Assembly: GCA_038087875.1 (NCBI GenBank)
Contig: JAXLNO010000645.1
Location: 1-64,000, forward strand
Length of the DNA: 64,000 nucleotides
Direction of reading: 5' to 3'
Origin: Malacoraja senta
Taxonomy: Eukaryota
This document shows, in pieces, positions 8,436 to 19,362 of this stretch. Within the stretch, counting starts at the first letter, position 1, and each line of letters starts with the position of its first letter. The notes beneath the pieces were generated by a model, which did not search any database, was not told the origin of the DNA, and worked only from the letters and a program-made list of their open reading frames with translations. The translations under genes and the position numbers were made by a program.

Positions 8436-9850
8436 ATGGAGAAAGTGCGAAAAGGCAAAGGGAGGCGTACCGCAGGTAAACCTCAAGAGGACCGCGGGTC
8501 TGAGAGTAGCGGGCGGCCGATTAAAGAGGCAGTGGCAGAAAAGTCAGCGACTGCAGAAACGGCAACTAAAAGTGCCGTTGCAGCACCATTGGGGTGCAAG
8601 GCAAAAAGAAAGACTGATCGGCCAGTAGACTCGGAAAAGTCAGACCCGGCGGTTACCCCACCTCAGGAAGACATTATGTCTACTCGGGTCGCTAACCTGG
8701 AATTCCTCATGGGGAAAATGATTTATCAGGACCCACGCCAGGAAGAGTACAGTCTGGCTTTGGCCTACAGGAGAGCCAGCGAAGGGAGTGCCTGGAAAAG
8801 GTGGGGTTCAGCGTTGGCCTCCAGAAGAGCCAGCGTCAGTAATGTGTCATGAAAGACAATATATGGGTTGGCCTACAGGAGAGCCAGCACCAGCAGTGTC
8901 TGAGGAAAGACAATTCATGCGTTGGCATACAGGAGAGCCAGCGCCAGCAGCTCCTAATAAAGGGCTGCCAATACGTGGGCCTACGGGAGAGCCCGCGAGG
9001 GGAGCACCTGCAAAAGGGTTTACAATGCGTAGGCCTACGGGAGAGCCCGCGCTAGAAACACCTGAAGCAGGGATACCAGATCAGCCCCACTATGAGGAGG
9101 AATTTCCAGGCCAGCAAGATTCGGATTATGAATCATACGAGGACCAAAGCCCAGTAACAGAACCCAGAATACCAGGTCTGGCCCAAAAAATCTCCGTTCC
9201 CAGACTGAAAGGGAACCTTTGGCGGAGGATATAGCAATGACAATAAATTACTTGCTCTCCCATCAGCTGGAGGAACTGACTATGGACGAGACTGTAAAAA
9301 AATATGAAACCCCGCAGAATTGCGCACTGCTAGCAGTCCCAGCAGTAAATAATGTAACATGGGGCTATTTGGGCATTGCAGTACGCGCACAAGAAATGAA
9401 ATTACAGAGGGTGTTGAAGTTGCTGGGGTCAGGTATTACGGATTTTGCCAGAGGCTTGGATAAGGAGCACGTGTCTGTGTCACAACAGGATGCCTTAGCA
9501 CTCATGTGTAATGCGCACTTTGAAATAAACTGTATTCGTAAAAGTGCTATAAGGCCTAACATACATCCTAAGTTTGCGGGGCTCTGTCAACCAACTAATA
9601 TTCAATTGCCTAATCTGCTTTTTGGAGAGAATCTAGTCAAAAGGGTGAAAGACCTGAATGAAGAAGCAAAAACCGTGGGAATGATAAAACCACCGGTGCT
9701 TGGCAGATCTGTTCGAAGGCAATTTCCCTACCGAAGGGCGGTGACTGGGGCCGCTGAAGGAACAAGTCGGTCGTTCCCATATACGCGTTATTGGCGCACT
9801 GCTCCTGGGACCCGTGGAGGTTACAGTGTTCCCACTAAGAGCAGTGGACA
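8436..9850 (+). pseudogene. DIRS gag-like ORF1, frameshifted at ~8770 and ~9200; 3' limit approximate
   Basis: Starts MEKVRKGK, contains the 18-aa repeats, then KYETPQNC..VPAVN..W and RKSAIRPNIHPKFAGLC..LLFGENL, typical of DIRS gag. Confidence 0.7.
8761..9065 (+). repeat. 54-bp (18-aa) coding minisatellite in gag, ~6 units
   Basis: Repeated TGGCCTACAGGAGAGCCAGC; peptide unit WPTGEPAPAVSEERQFMR. Confidence 0.9.
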
Positions 9851-9926
9851 GCATTTGACACCAGCAAACCCTGAGGTAGGTGGGTCTGGTCCTGGAAGAA
9901 ACATATTAAGTGTTTCACATTTGCAA

Positions 9927-11780
9927 ATTGGGGGAAGGTTACAATTCTTCCTAAAAGAATGGCAAAAAATAACATCTGATGCGTTTATACTGTGCAGTAT
10001 TATGGGGTTCAGAATTGAATTCTACCTATATTTGGATCCTCCTGCTCAACATGTTTCAAGTCGGACACGTATTTTCTCAAAAGAAGAGAATATGGACATT
10101 CAAGCGGAACTTGAAATATTATGTGGGAAAGGGGTCATTGAAAAGTCAGTTCACCAACAGCACCAATTTGTGTCAAGCATTTTTCCTAGAGCAAAAAAGG
10201 ATGGTGGCCGTAGAATTATTTTCGATCTGACAAGTCTTAACCCTTTTGTACAGTATAAACATTTTAAAATGGAAACATTTGCCAATGCTATACAGCTAAT
10301 TTCAAGAAACTACTATATGGCTAGCATAGATCTGCAAGATGCATATTACTCTGTGGCTGTGCATGGTAATGATCGAAGATACTTAACGTTTAACTGAATG
10401 AGCCAATTATGGCAGTTTAAAGCATTGCCTAATGGGTTAACCTCAGTCCCTAGACTATTTACGAAATTGTTAAAACCAATCTTAGCTTTGCTAAGAGCTC
10501 AGGGCCATTTGGTAAAGGCTTATTTGGATGATATTTTAATTGTGGGTAACACTCGGGCTACAACAGAAGCATCGGTGTCAATAGTCAAGCTCACATTTGA
10601 GAGGATGGGGTTTGTGATACATCCAGATAAATCCAAATTGTCACAAAGCACAGTAATTGATTACTTGGGGTTCACTATTAATTCAGAACACATGATAGTG
10701 ACTTTGCCCAAGGATAAAAAGCTGCAGTTAATTGAGGGTTGTATCAAGCTCATTACACAACATCAACCATCAATTAGGCAAGTGGCAAGCTTGCTTGGCA
10801 AACTAATTGCTTCATTTCCAGCTGTGCAGTTTGGTCCACTGCATTATCAGCAACTGCAGCGAGCAAAGGTACAAGCGTTGAGGAGACATTTAGGGCATTT
10901 TGATAGACCCATGCAATTACCAGTAACAGTTATTACTGAAATACAATGGTGGATCAGGAGTGTCTCATATGCTTGCAGGGAAATTCTGGTTGAAACACCT
11001 GCTATTATTCTGCAGACTGAGGAGCTACTGATACTATTTCCAGCTGTGGAGGCAGATGGAATGTGGAAGAAGTACCATGTGTTCCAAGCACATGGGATCA
11101 ATTACCTAGAACTGTTAGGTACATTTTATGGGCTTAAAGGTTATTGCTCTAATGTGCAAAACTTGCATGTACAGGTTCAGATTGACAACACTACGGCTGT
11201 AGCGTATGTTAATCACATGGGTGGAATCAAGTCAGAATCTTGTGATAGATTGGCAAACGTTATCTGGAACTGGTATATTAGCAGAAACATTTGGCTTTCG
11301 GCAATCTACCTAACAGGTAGATTCAACATAATCGCAGACACCAGGTCACGTAAATTCAATGACAATACAGAATGGATGTTAAATCGTGACAACTTTAATA
11401 AAATAGTTGCGCAATTTGGGATGCCAGAAATTAACTTGTTTGCATCTAGACTTAACCACCAATTACCTAATATGTTTCATGGGAACCAGATCCTGTTGCA
11501 ACAGCGGTGGATGCATCTCGCTACATTGGGGTGGAATGTTTTTGTATGCATTTCCTCCATTTTGTCTCATTAGTAGGTGTCTACAAAAGATCAAGCAGGA
11601 CTCTGCTTCAGGAGTGTTGGTGGTACCAGATTGGCCTACACAACCATGGTACCCACTGGTGTTAAAAATGATCACAAAGCCTCTTATGGTTATTCCTAAA
11701 CAAGAAACCCTACTTGTGCACCCTGTAACTGGTGTTTCGCATCCTTTACATGATCATATTGGTTTGTTGATTTGCAGGTT
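9927..11780 (+). pseudogene. DIRS reverse transcriptase, RNase H and methyltransferase-like domain
   Basis: IGGRLQFFLKEW, KKDGGRRIIFDL, SIDLQDAYY, LPNGL, AYLDD, INYLEL, IDNTTAVAYVNHMGG, LFASRLN, YAFPPF, VPDWPTQPWY. In-frame TGA at 10395-10397 and later frameshifts. Confidence 0.93.
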
Positions 11781-12760
11781 CCAAGGAGGCCATATCTCGG
11801 AAGAGGACTATCAGAGCGTACGGTGGATGTTATTGCAGCAGCCTGGAGGAATAGTACCCAAAAGCAGTACATTTCTTACATAAGAAAATGGGAGGTGTTT
11901 TGCTTAGGGCAGAATATTTCATATCACACTGAAAACATCCCAGATGTGTTAGAGTTTCTGTCAACTCTCTATTTTGATTGAAATTAAGTTATAGTGCTAT
12001 CAATACTGCAAGAAGTGCCCTCTCTGCATATCTATGGAGGGAGTCAGAACAATATCTTGTAGGATCACACCCTTTGGTCTGGAGGTTTATGAAGGGAATT
12101 TTCAATTCCAAGCCTCCTAGACCTAGGTATGCAGAAATCTGGAATGTGAGGGATGTGCTAATGTTACTTCGTCAATGGACTCCAATTTCAGCTCTGTCTT
12201 TGGCCAAGGATATCATTATGCTCATGGCACTAGTTTCAGCACAGAGAGTGCGAACATTGCAGAAATTACGAATAGATAGGATGGTAGTGGCAGCAGATGC
12301 CGTTACCTTCTATGTCTATGATTTACTCAAATAGAGCAGACCTGGAGTCAAGGGGTGTAAGTTGGTTTTTTCAGCATATCCTACCGACCCAAGACTATGT
12401 GTAGTGTCACATTTAAGATGTTACATTGAAGCCACCAGGAACTTAAGAGGTGAAGAATCAGCATTCTTTATCAGCCATAAAAAAACACATAAGAAAGTGT
12501 CAGTGCAGACTATCTCAAGGTGGCTGAAGCAGGTGCTGGTTGATGCAGGGATTGATACTGACAAATTTAAATCTCATTCCACCAGGGCGGCATCAACATC
12601 GGCGGCCAGGGATTTGGACGTCCCAATAGACCATATTCTCGCTGCCGCAGGATGCGCAGGTGAACAGATGTTTCACAAGTATTACCATAAAGAAATTGCA
12701 GAACCTGGGGTATTTGGTGGTGCTGTTTTGGATTCAGTGTTAAGTTCTCCTTTGGGATAA
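11772..12760 (+). pseudogene. DIRS tyrosine recombinase
   Basis: LSYSAINTARSALS, SAQRV (catalytic R), KSHSTRAAS (HxxR), FHKYY (catalytic Y). Frameshift at ~11980 and in-frame TAG at 12332-12334. Confidence 0.92.
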
Positions 12761-12913
12761 AGGGGAAAAATGTTGTTATGATAAATAAACCATTAACTGA
12801 TTGCATCAATGTTATGGTTATATATTATTGATTGTTTTCACTCATTCAGAGTCAATCAATTGAGTGAGACGCCTGGATTTGAATCTACGGCATGAAATCA
12901 CAGAGCTTTGAAA

Positions 12914-13026
12914 TCTTCACGTAGTCACTCACGTGACTCCGAAGTAAAATAGTGAGATTAAACGAGAATTTACCAGTTTGAAGTTTGATCTTTATTTTAT
13001 GAGGAGTTACAATGACGGACTACGTG
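12914..13026. repeat. DIRS internal complementary region (ICR)
   Basis: 12914-12950 is complementary to the left terminus (8293-8317, and fully to 63765-63801). 12946-13026 is complementary to the right terminus 13171-13239. Confidence 0.92.
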
Positions 13027-13134
13027 CCCTCCGCTCCCACCCTCATAAAGATCAGAAGTTATGTTTTTCTCACTTATCTTACTATTATGCTTCGGTAATA
13101 ATTATCTGTGATTTCACACCGCTGCTTTGAAGAT

Positions 13135-13239
13135 TGACGCGTGTGCGCCTGGACGGGGTCTTCTTCACTTAGTCCCTCATCGTAACTCCTCATAAAATAA
13201 AGATCAAACTGGTAAGTTCTCGTTGAATCTCACTATTTT
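13135..13239. repeat. DIRS right inverted terminal repeat and extension
   Basis: tgacgcgtgtgcgcctggacggggtcttcttcac is the reverse complement of 63796-63828 in the other DIRS left end. Confidence 0.88.
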
Positions 13240-13571
13240 GTCGCTTTTCATGCCCTGAATTTACGTCGCCTTTGGCGTTTTGAATTTTTGGCGCCTTTGG
13301 CGTCCTGAATTTTCATCAATTTTCGCGTGCTGAATTTTCGTCGCTTTTCACATGCTGAATTTTCGTCGCTTTATGTGTGCTGACATTTCGGCGCTTTTTT
13401 GTGTGCTGCAATTTCGTCGCTTTTCACGTCCTGAAGGTTCGTCACTTTTTGTATGCCGAAATTTTGTCACTTTTCGTATCCTGAAATGTTGATCGCTTCA
13501 TGCGTCCTGGACTTTTGTTGCTTTTTGTACCCTGAATTTTCGTCGTTTTTCGCATGCTGAATTTTCGTCGC

Positions 13572-13605
13572 TGTATATGGTTATATGGTTATATGGTTAT
13601 ATGGT
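13572..13605 (+). mobile_element. (TATATGGT)4 tract, probable CR1 3'-tail-only insertion
   Basis: gctgtatatggttatatggttatatggttatatggt matches the reverse complement of the CR1 tail at 19363-19396 (gcagtaatggttatatgattatatggttatatgg). Confidence 0.65.
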
Positions 13606-16600
13606 ATGCCTCCTGGTGTTTCGTCGCTTTTCGCGTCCTGAATTTTCGTCGCTTTTCGTATGCTGAATTTTCGTCGCTTTTCACGTGCTGAATTTTTGTA
13701 GCTTTTCGCATGCTGAATTTTCGTCCCTTTTCCGTGCTGAATTTTTGTTGCTTTTCACATCCTGAAAGTTCGTCGCTTTTCGCGTGCTGAATTTTCGTCA
13801 CTTTTCATGTGCTGAATTTTCCTCGCTTTTTGTGCCCTGAAAATTAGTTGCATTTCACGTCCTGAATTTTTGTCACATATCATGTCCTGAATTTTCGTCA
13901 CTTTTAGCGTCCCGAATTTTCATCGCTTTTCGCATCCTGAAGGTTCATTGCTTTTCCTGTGCTGAAATGTTGTCGCTTATCGCGTCCTGTAATTTTGACG
14001 CTTTATGCATCCTGAAATTTAGTCGCTTTTCGTGTCCTGGATTTATGTAGCTGTTGTCATTTTGAATTTTTGTCGAATTTCAGGCCCTAAATTTTCGTCG
14101 CTTTTCACGTGCTGAATTTTCGTCGCTTTTGGCATCCTGAAGGTTCGTCACTATTCACGTGCTGAATTTCCATCGCTTTTAGCAGGATGAATTTCCATCG
14201 CTTTTTGCGTGATGAAATTTCGTCGACTTTCATGTCCTGAAATTTCGTCGCTTTATGCGTCCTGAATTTTTGTCACTTTTCTTGTGCTGAATTTTCGTCG
14301 CTTTTTGCTTGCTGAGTTTTTGTAGCATTTCGAATGCTGAATTTTGGTCGCTTTTCACGTCCTTCATTTATGTCGCTTTGCGCGTGCTTCATTATCATCG
14401 CTTTTCGTGTCCTGAAGGTTCGTCACTTTTTGCATGCTGAATTTTCGTCGCATTCCTCATGCTGAATTTTCATCGATTTTCGTATGCTGAATTTTCGCCG
14501 CTTTTCACGTTCTGAAATTTCGTCGCTTTTCGCGTGCTGAATTTTCGCGTCTTGAACTTTCGTCGCTTTCCGTATGCTGAATTTTCGTCGCTTTTCTCAT
14601 GCTGAATATTTGCCACTTTTCGCGTGCTGAAATTTCGTCGCTTTTAGCATCCTGGTTCGTCACTTTTCACATGCTGAATTTTCATCGCTTTTTGAATGCT
14701 TCATTTTCATCGCATTTCGCGTCCTGAATTTACGTTGGTTTTCACGTGCATCATTTTGATCGCTTTTCGCGTCCTGAATTTTTATCGCTTTCCGCTTGCT
14801 GAATTTTCATCGCATTTCGTGTGCTGAAATTTTGTTGCTTTATGCGTCCCGAATTTTCGTCGCTTTTCGCATGCTGAATTTTCATCGCTTTTCACGTTCT
14901 GAAATTTCGTCACTTTTCCGTGCCGAATTTTCGTCGCTTTTCACGTCCTGAAAGTTCATCGCTTTTCGAATGCTGAATTTTCGTCGTTTTTGCATCCTGA
15001 AAATTAGTAGCATTTCACGTCCTGAATTTTTGTCACATTTCATGTCCTGAATTTTCGTCACTTTTAGCGCCCCGAATTATCATCGCTTTTCGCATCCTGC
15101 AGGTTTGTCGCTTTTCGCATGCAGAATTTTTGTTGCATTTCGCATGCTGAATTTTCATTGGTTTTCGCTGGCGGAATTTTTCGTCACTTTTCGCTTCCTG
15201 TAGGTTTGTAGCTTTTCACGTGCTGAATTTTCGTCCCTTTCCGTGCTGAATTTTCATTGGTTTTCGCATGCTTCATTTTCATCGCTTTTCGCGTCCTGAA
15301 GGTCCCTCTCTTTTTGGGTGTAAAATTTTTATCGCTTTTCGCTTGCTGAAATTTCGTCGCTTTTCACGTCCTGAAATTTCATCGCTTTATGCATCCTGAA
15401 TTTTCATCGCTTTTCTCATGCTGAATTTTCGTCGCTTGTCGTGTGCTGAATTTTCGGCGCTTTTCACGATCTGAATTTTTGTAGCTTTTCGCATGCTGAA
15501 TTTTCGTCGCTTTTCACATGCTCCATTTATGTCGCTTTTCGTGTGCTTCATTTTCATCGCTTTTTGTGTCCTGAAGGTTCGTCACTTTTCGCATGCTGCA
15601 TTTTCATCGCTTTTCGCGTCCTGAAGTTTCCTCACTTTTCGCATGCTGAATTTTCGTCGCTTTCCTCATGCTGAATTTTCGTCGATTTTCGCATGGTGAA
15701 TTTTTGCTGCTTTTCACATGCTTCATTTATGTCACTTTTCGCATGCTTCATTTTCATCGCTTTTCGCGTCCTGAAGGTTCGTCACTTTTCGCATGCTGAA
15801 TTTTCATCGCTTTTCGCGTCCTGAAATTTCGTCACTTTTCGCGTGCTGAATTTTCGCGTCCTGAAGGTTCGTCGCTTTTCCCGTGCTGAATTTTCATTGG
15901 TTTTCGTGTGCGGAATTTTCGTTACTTTTCACATCATGAAGGTTTGTCGCATTTCACGTGCTGAATTTTCATTACTTTTAGCATGCAGAAGTTTCGTTGT
16001 TTTTTGCGTGCTTCACTATCGTTGCTTTTCGCGCCTGAAGGTTCCTCTCTTTTCGCGTGCTAAAGTTTTGTCGCTTTTCGCTTGCTGAATTTTCGGCGAT
16101 TTTCGTGTGCTGAAATTTTGCCGCTTTATGTGTCCTGAATCTTTATCGCTTTTTGCATGCTGATTTTTCGTCACGTTTCGCGTGCTGAATTTTTGTAGCT
16201 ATTCGCATGCTGAATTTTCCTCACTTTTCGCATGCTGAATTATCTTTGCATTTCGCGTGCTGAATTTCCGTCGCCTTTCACGTGCTGAATCTTCATCACT
16301 TTTCGCATGTTGAAATTTCGTCGGTTTTTGCGTGCTTCATTTTCATTGCTTTTCGCGTCCTGCAGGTTCGTCGCTTTTCACGTGCTGAATTTTCGTCCCT
16401 TTCCGTTCTGAATTTTCATTGGTTTTCGCATGCTTCATTGTCATCGCTTTTCGCGTCCTGAAGGTCCCTCTCTTTTTGGGTGTAAAATTTTTGTAGCATT
16501 TCCCATGCTAAATTTTCGTCGCTTATCGCATGCTGAATTTTCGTTGGTTTTCGCGTGCGGAATTTTCGTTACATTTCGCATCCTGGTTTGTCACCTTTCG

Positions 16601-19362
16601 CGTGCTGAATTTTCGTCACTTTTCACGTGTTGAATTTTGTTGGTTTTTGCGTGTTTCATTTTCATCGCGTCCTGAAGGTTCGTCGCTTTACTCTTGCTGA
16701 AATTTCGTTGCTTTTCACATCCTGAAATTTCGTCGCTTTATGCGTCCAGAATTTACGTCGCTTTTCATGTGCTGAATTTTCGTCACTTTTTGTATGCAGA
16801 ATTTTTGCCACTTTTCGAGTGCTTCATTTTCATTGCTTTTCACGTCCTGAAGGTTCCTCTCTTTTCGTGTGCTGAAGTTTTGTCGATTTTTGCATGCTGA
16901 ATTTTCGTCGCTTTTCGCGTGCTGAATTTTTGTAGCTTTTCGCATGCTGAATTTTCGTCGCTTTTCGTGTGCTGAAATTTCGTCGCTTTTCACGTCCTGT
17001 AATTTTCTCGCTTTATGCGTCATGAATTTTCATCGCTTTTCTAATGCTGAATTTTCGTCGCTTTTCATGTGCTGAATTTTCGTCGCTTTTCGCGTGCAGA
17101 AATTTAGTCGCTTTTCATGTCCTGAAATTTATTTGCTTTTTGAGTCCTGATGTTTCATCGCATTTCGCATCCTGAAATGACGTCGCTTTTCATGTGCTGA
17201 ATTTTCGTCACTTTTTGTGTGCAGAATTTTTCTCACTTTTCACTTACTGAATTTTTGTCGCTTTTCACGTGCTTCATTTTCATCGCTTTTCGCGTCCTGA
17301 AAGTTCGTCGCTTTTCGAATGCTGAATTTCCGTCGCATTTCGCATGCTGAATTTTCGTCGATTTTCGCATGCTGGATTTTCGTATATTTTCACGTGCTGA
17401 ATTTTCGTTTCTTTTCGCATCTTGGTTTGTCGCCTTTCACATGCTGAATTTTCGTCACTTTTCACGTGCTGAATTTTCGTTGCTTTTAGCGTGCTTTCAT
17501 TTTCATCGCTTTTCGTGTCCTGAAAGTTCCTCTCTTTTTGCTTGCTGAATATTCGTCGCAATTCGCTTGCTGAAATTTTGGCGCTTTTCACGTCTTAAAA
17601 TTTCGTCGCTTTATGTGTCCTGATGTTTCATCACTTTTCGCATTCTGAAATTTCGCTTTATGCGTCCTGATGTATCGTTGCTTTTCGCATGCTGAATTTT
17701 CGTCGATTTTTGTGTGCTGAAATTTCGGCACTTTTCGTGTGCTGAAATTTTGTCGCTTTTCACGTCCTGAAATGTAGTCACATTTAGTGTGCTGAATTTT
17801 CGTCGCATTTCGAGTCCTGAAGGATCGGCGCTTTTCACATGCTGAATTGTTGACGCTTTTCGTGTCCTGAAGGTTCGTCACTTTTTGGCTGCTGAATTTT
17901 CGTTGCTTTTCGCGTCCTGAAGGTTCGTCACTTTTTGCGAGCTGAATTATCGTAGCTTTTAGTATGCTGAAATTTAATCGATTTTCACGTCCTGAAATTC
18001 TGTCCCTTTTCATGTGCTGAGTTTTCGGCGCTTTTCTTGTGATGAATTTTCGTCGCTTTTCACGTTCTGAAATTTCGTCCCTTTTTGCGTGCTGAATTTT
18101 TGTCACTTTTCACGTCCTGAAGGATCGTTGCTTTTCACATCCTGAATTGTTGTCGCTTTTTGTGTCCTGAAGGTTCGTCACTTTTCGTGTGCCGAAATGT
18201 TGTCGCTTTTGTGTCCTGAAATGTTGTTGCTTCATGCATCCTGAACTTTTGTTGCTTTTCGCATCTTCAATTTACGTCGCTTTTGGCATTTTGAATTTTC
18301 GGTGCCTTTCGCGTCATGAAATGTCATCCCTTTTCGTGTGCTGAATTTTCGTCACTTTTCGTGTGCTGAAATTTCATCGCTTTACAACTTCTGAAATTTC
18401 GTCGCTTTATGCGTCCTGATGCTATGTCGCGTTTCACATGCTGAATTTTCGTCGATTTTGTGAGCTGAAATTTCGGCACTTTTCGCTTTTTGCTTGCTGA
18501 ATTTTTGTCGCTTTTTGCCTGCTGAATTTTCGTCACTTTTCACGTTCTGAATTATCGTCGCTTTTCGTGTCCTGATGGTTCATCACTTTTAACGTGCTGA
18601 ATTTTCCTCGCTTTACACAGGCTTCGTTGTCATCACTTTTCGCGTCTTGAAGGTTCGTTGCTTTTCTCAAGCTGAATTTTCATCGCTTTTCCCGTGCTGA
18701 AATTTAGTCGGATTTCATGTCCTGAAATTTCATCGCCTTTCACGTCCTGAAATTTCGTCGCTTTATTCATCCTGATATTACGTTGCTTTTCGCGTCCTGA
18801 AGGTTTTTCGCTTTTCGCGTGCTGAATTTTCGTCACTTTACGCTTGCAGAATTTTAGTTGGTTTTAACTTCCTGAAGGTTCCTCTCTTTTTGCGTGCTGA
18901 ATTTTCGTCGCTTTTTGTATGCTGAATTTTCATCACTTTTCGTGTCGAAATTTCGCTGCTTTTCACGTTCTGAAATGTCGCCGCTTTTCACGTTCTGAAA
19001 TTTCGTCGCTTTATGCGTCCTGATGTTTCGTCACTTTCCGCATGCTGAATTTTAGTCGCTTTTTGTGTGCTGAAATTTCTGCGCTTTTCGTGTGCTGATA
19101 TTTCGTCGCTTTTCACGTCCTGAAATTTCGTCACTTTTGGCGTGCTGAATTTTCGTCACTTTTCACGTCTTGAAGGATCATCGCTTTTCACGTCCTGAAG
19201 GATCGTCGCTTTTCGCGTGCTGAATTTTCATCACCTTATTCATCCTGATATTACTTCGTTTTCGCGTGCTGAATTTTTGTCGCCTTCTGCACGCTGAATT
19301 TTCGTCGCTTTTATCATGCTATAATTTCGTCGCTTTTCACATCCTGAAATTTCATGACTTTT

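Larger units (their letters stand above)
8294..13239 (+). mobile_element. DIRS1-type tyrosine-recombinase retrotransposon, near full length, decayed
   Basis: Order gag, RT/RNase H/methyltransferase-like, tyrosine recombinase. Left end TTTTACTTCGGAGTCACGTGAGTG, ICR at 12914-13026, right end ...AATCTCACTATTTT. Confidence 0.95.

Noticed and set aside
11407..12760. Methyltransferase-like domain plus integrase as a phage or restriction-modification module
   Set aside because: Both are standard DIRS1 components, placed downstream of RT/RNase H and enclosed by ITR/ICR.
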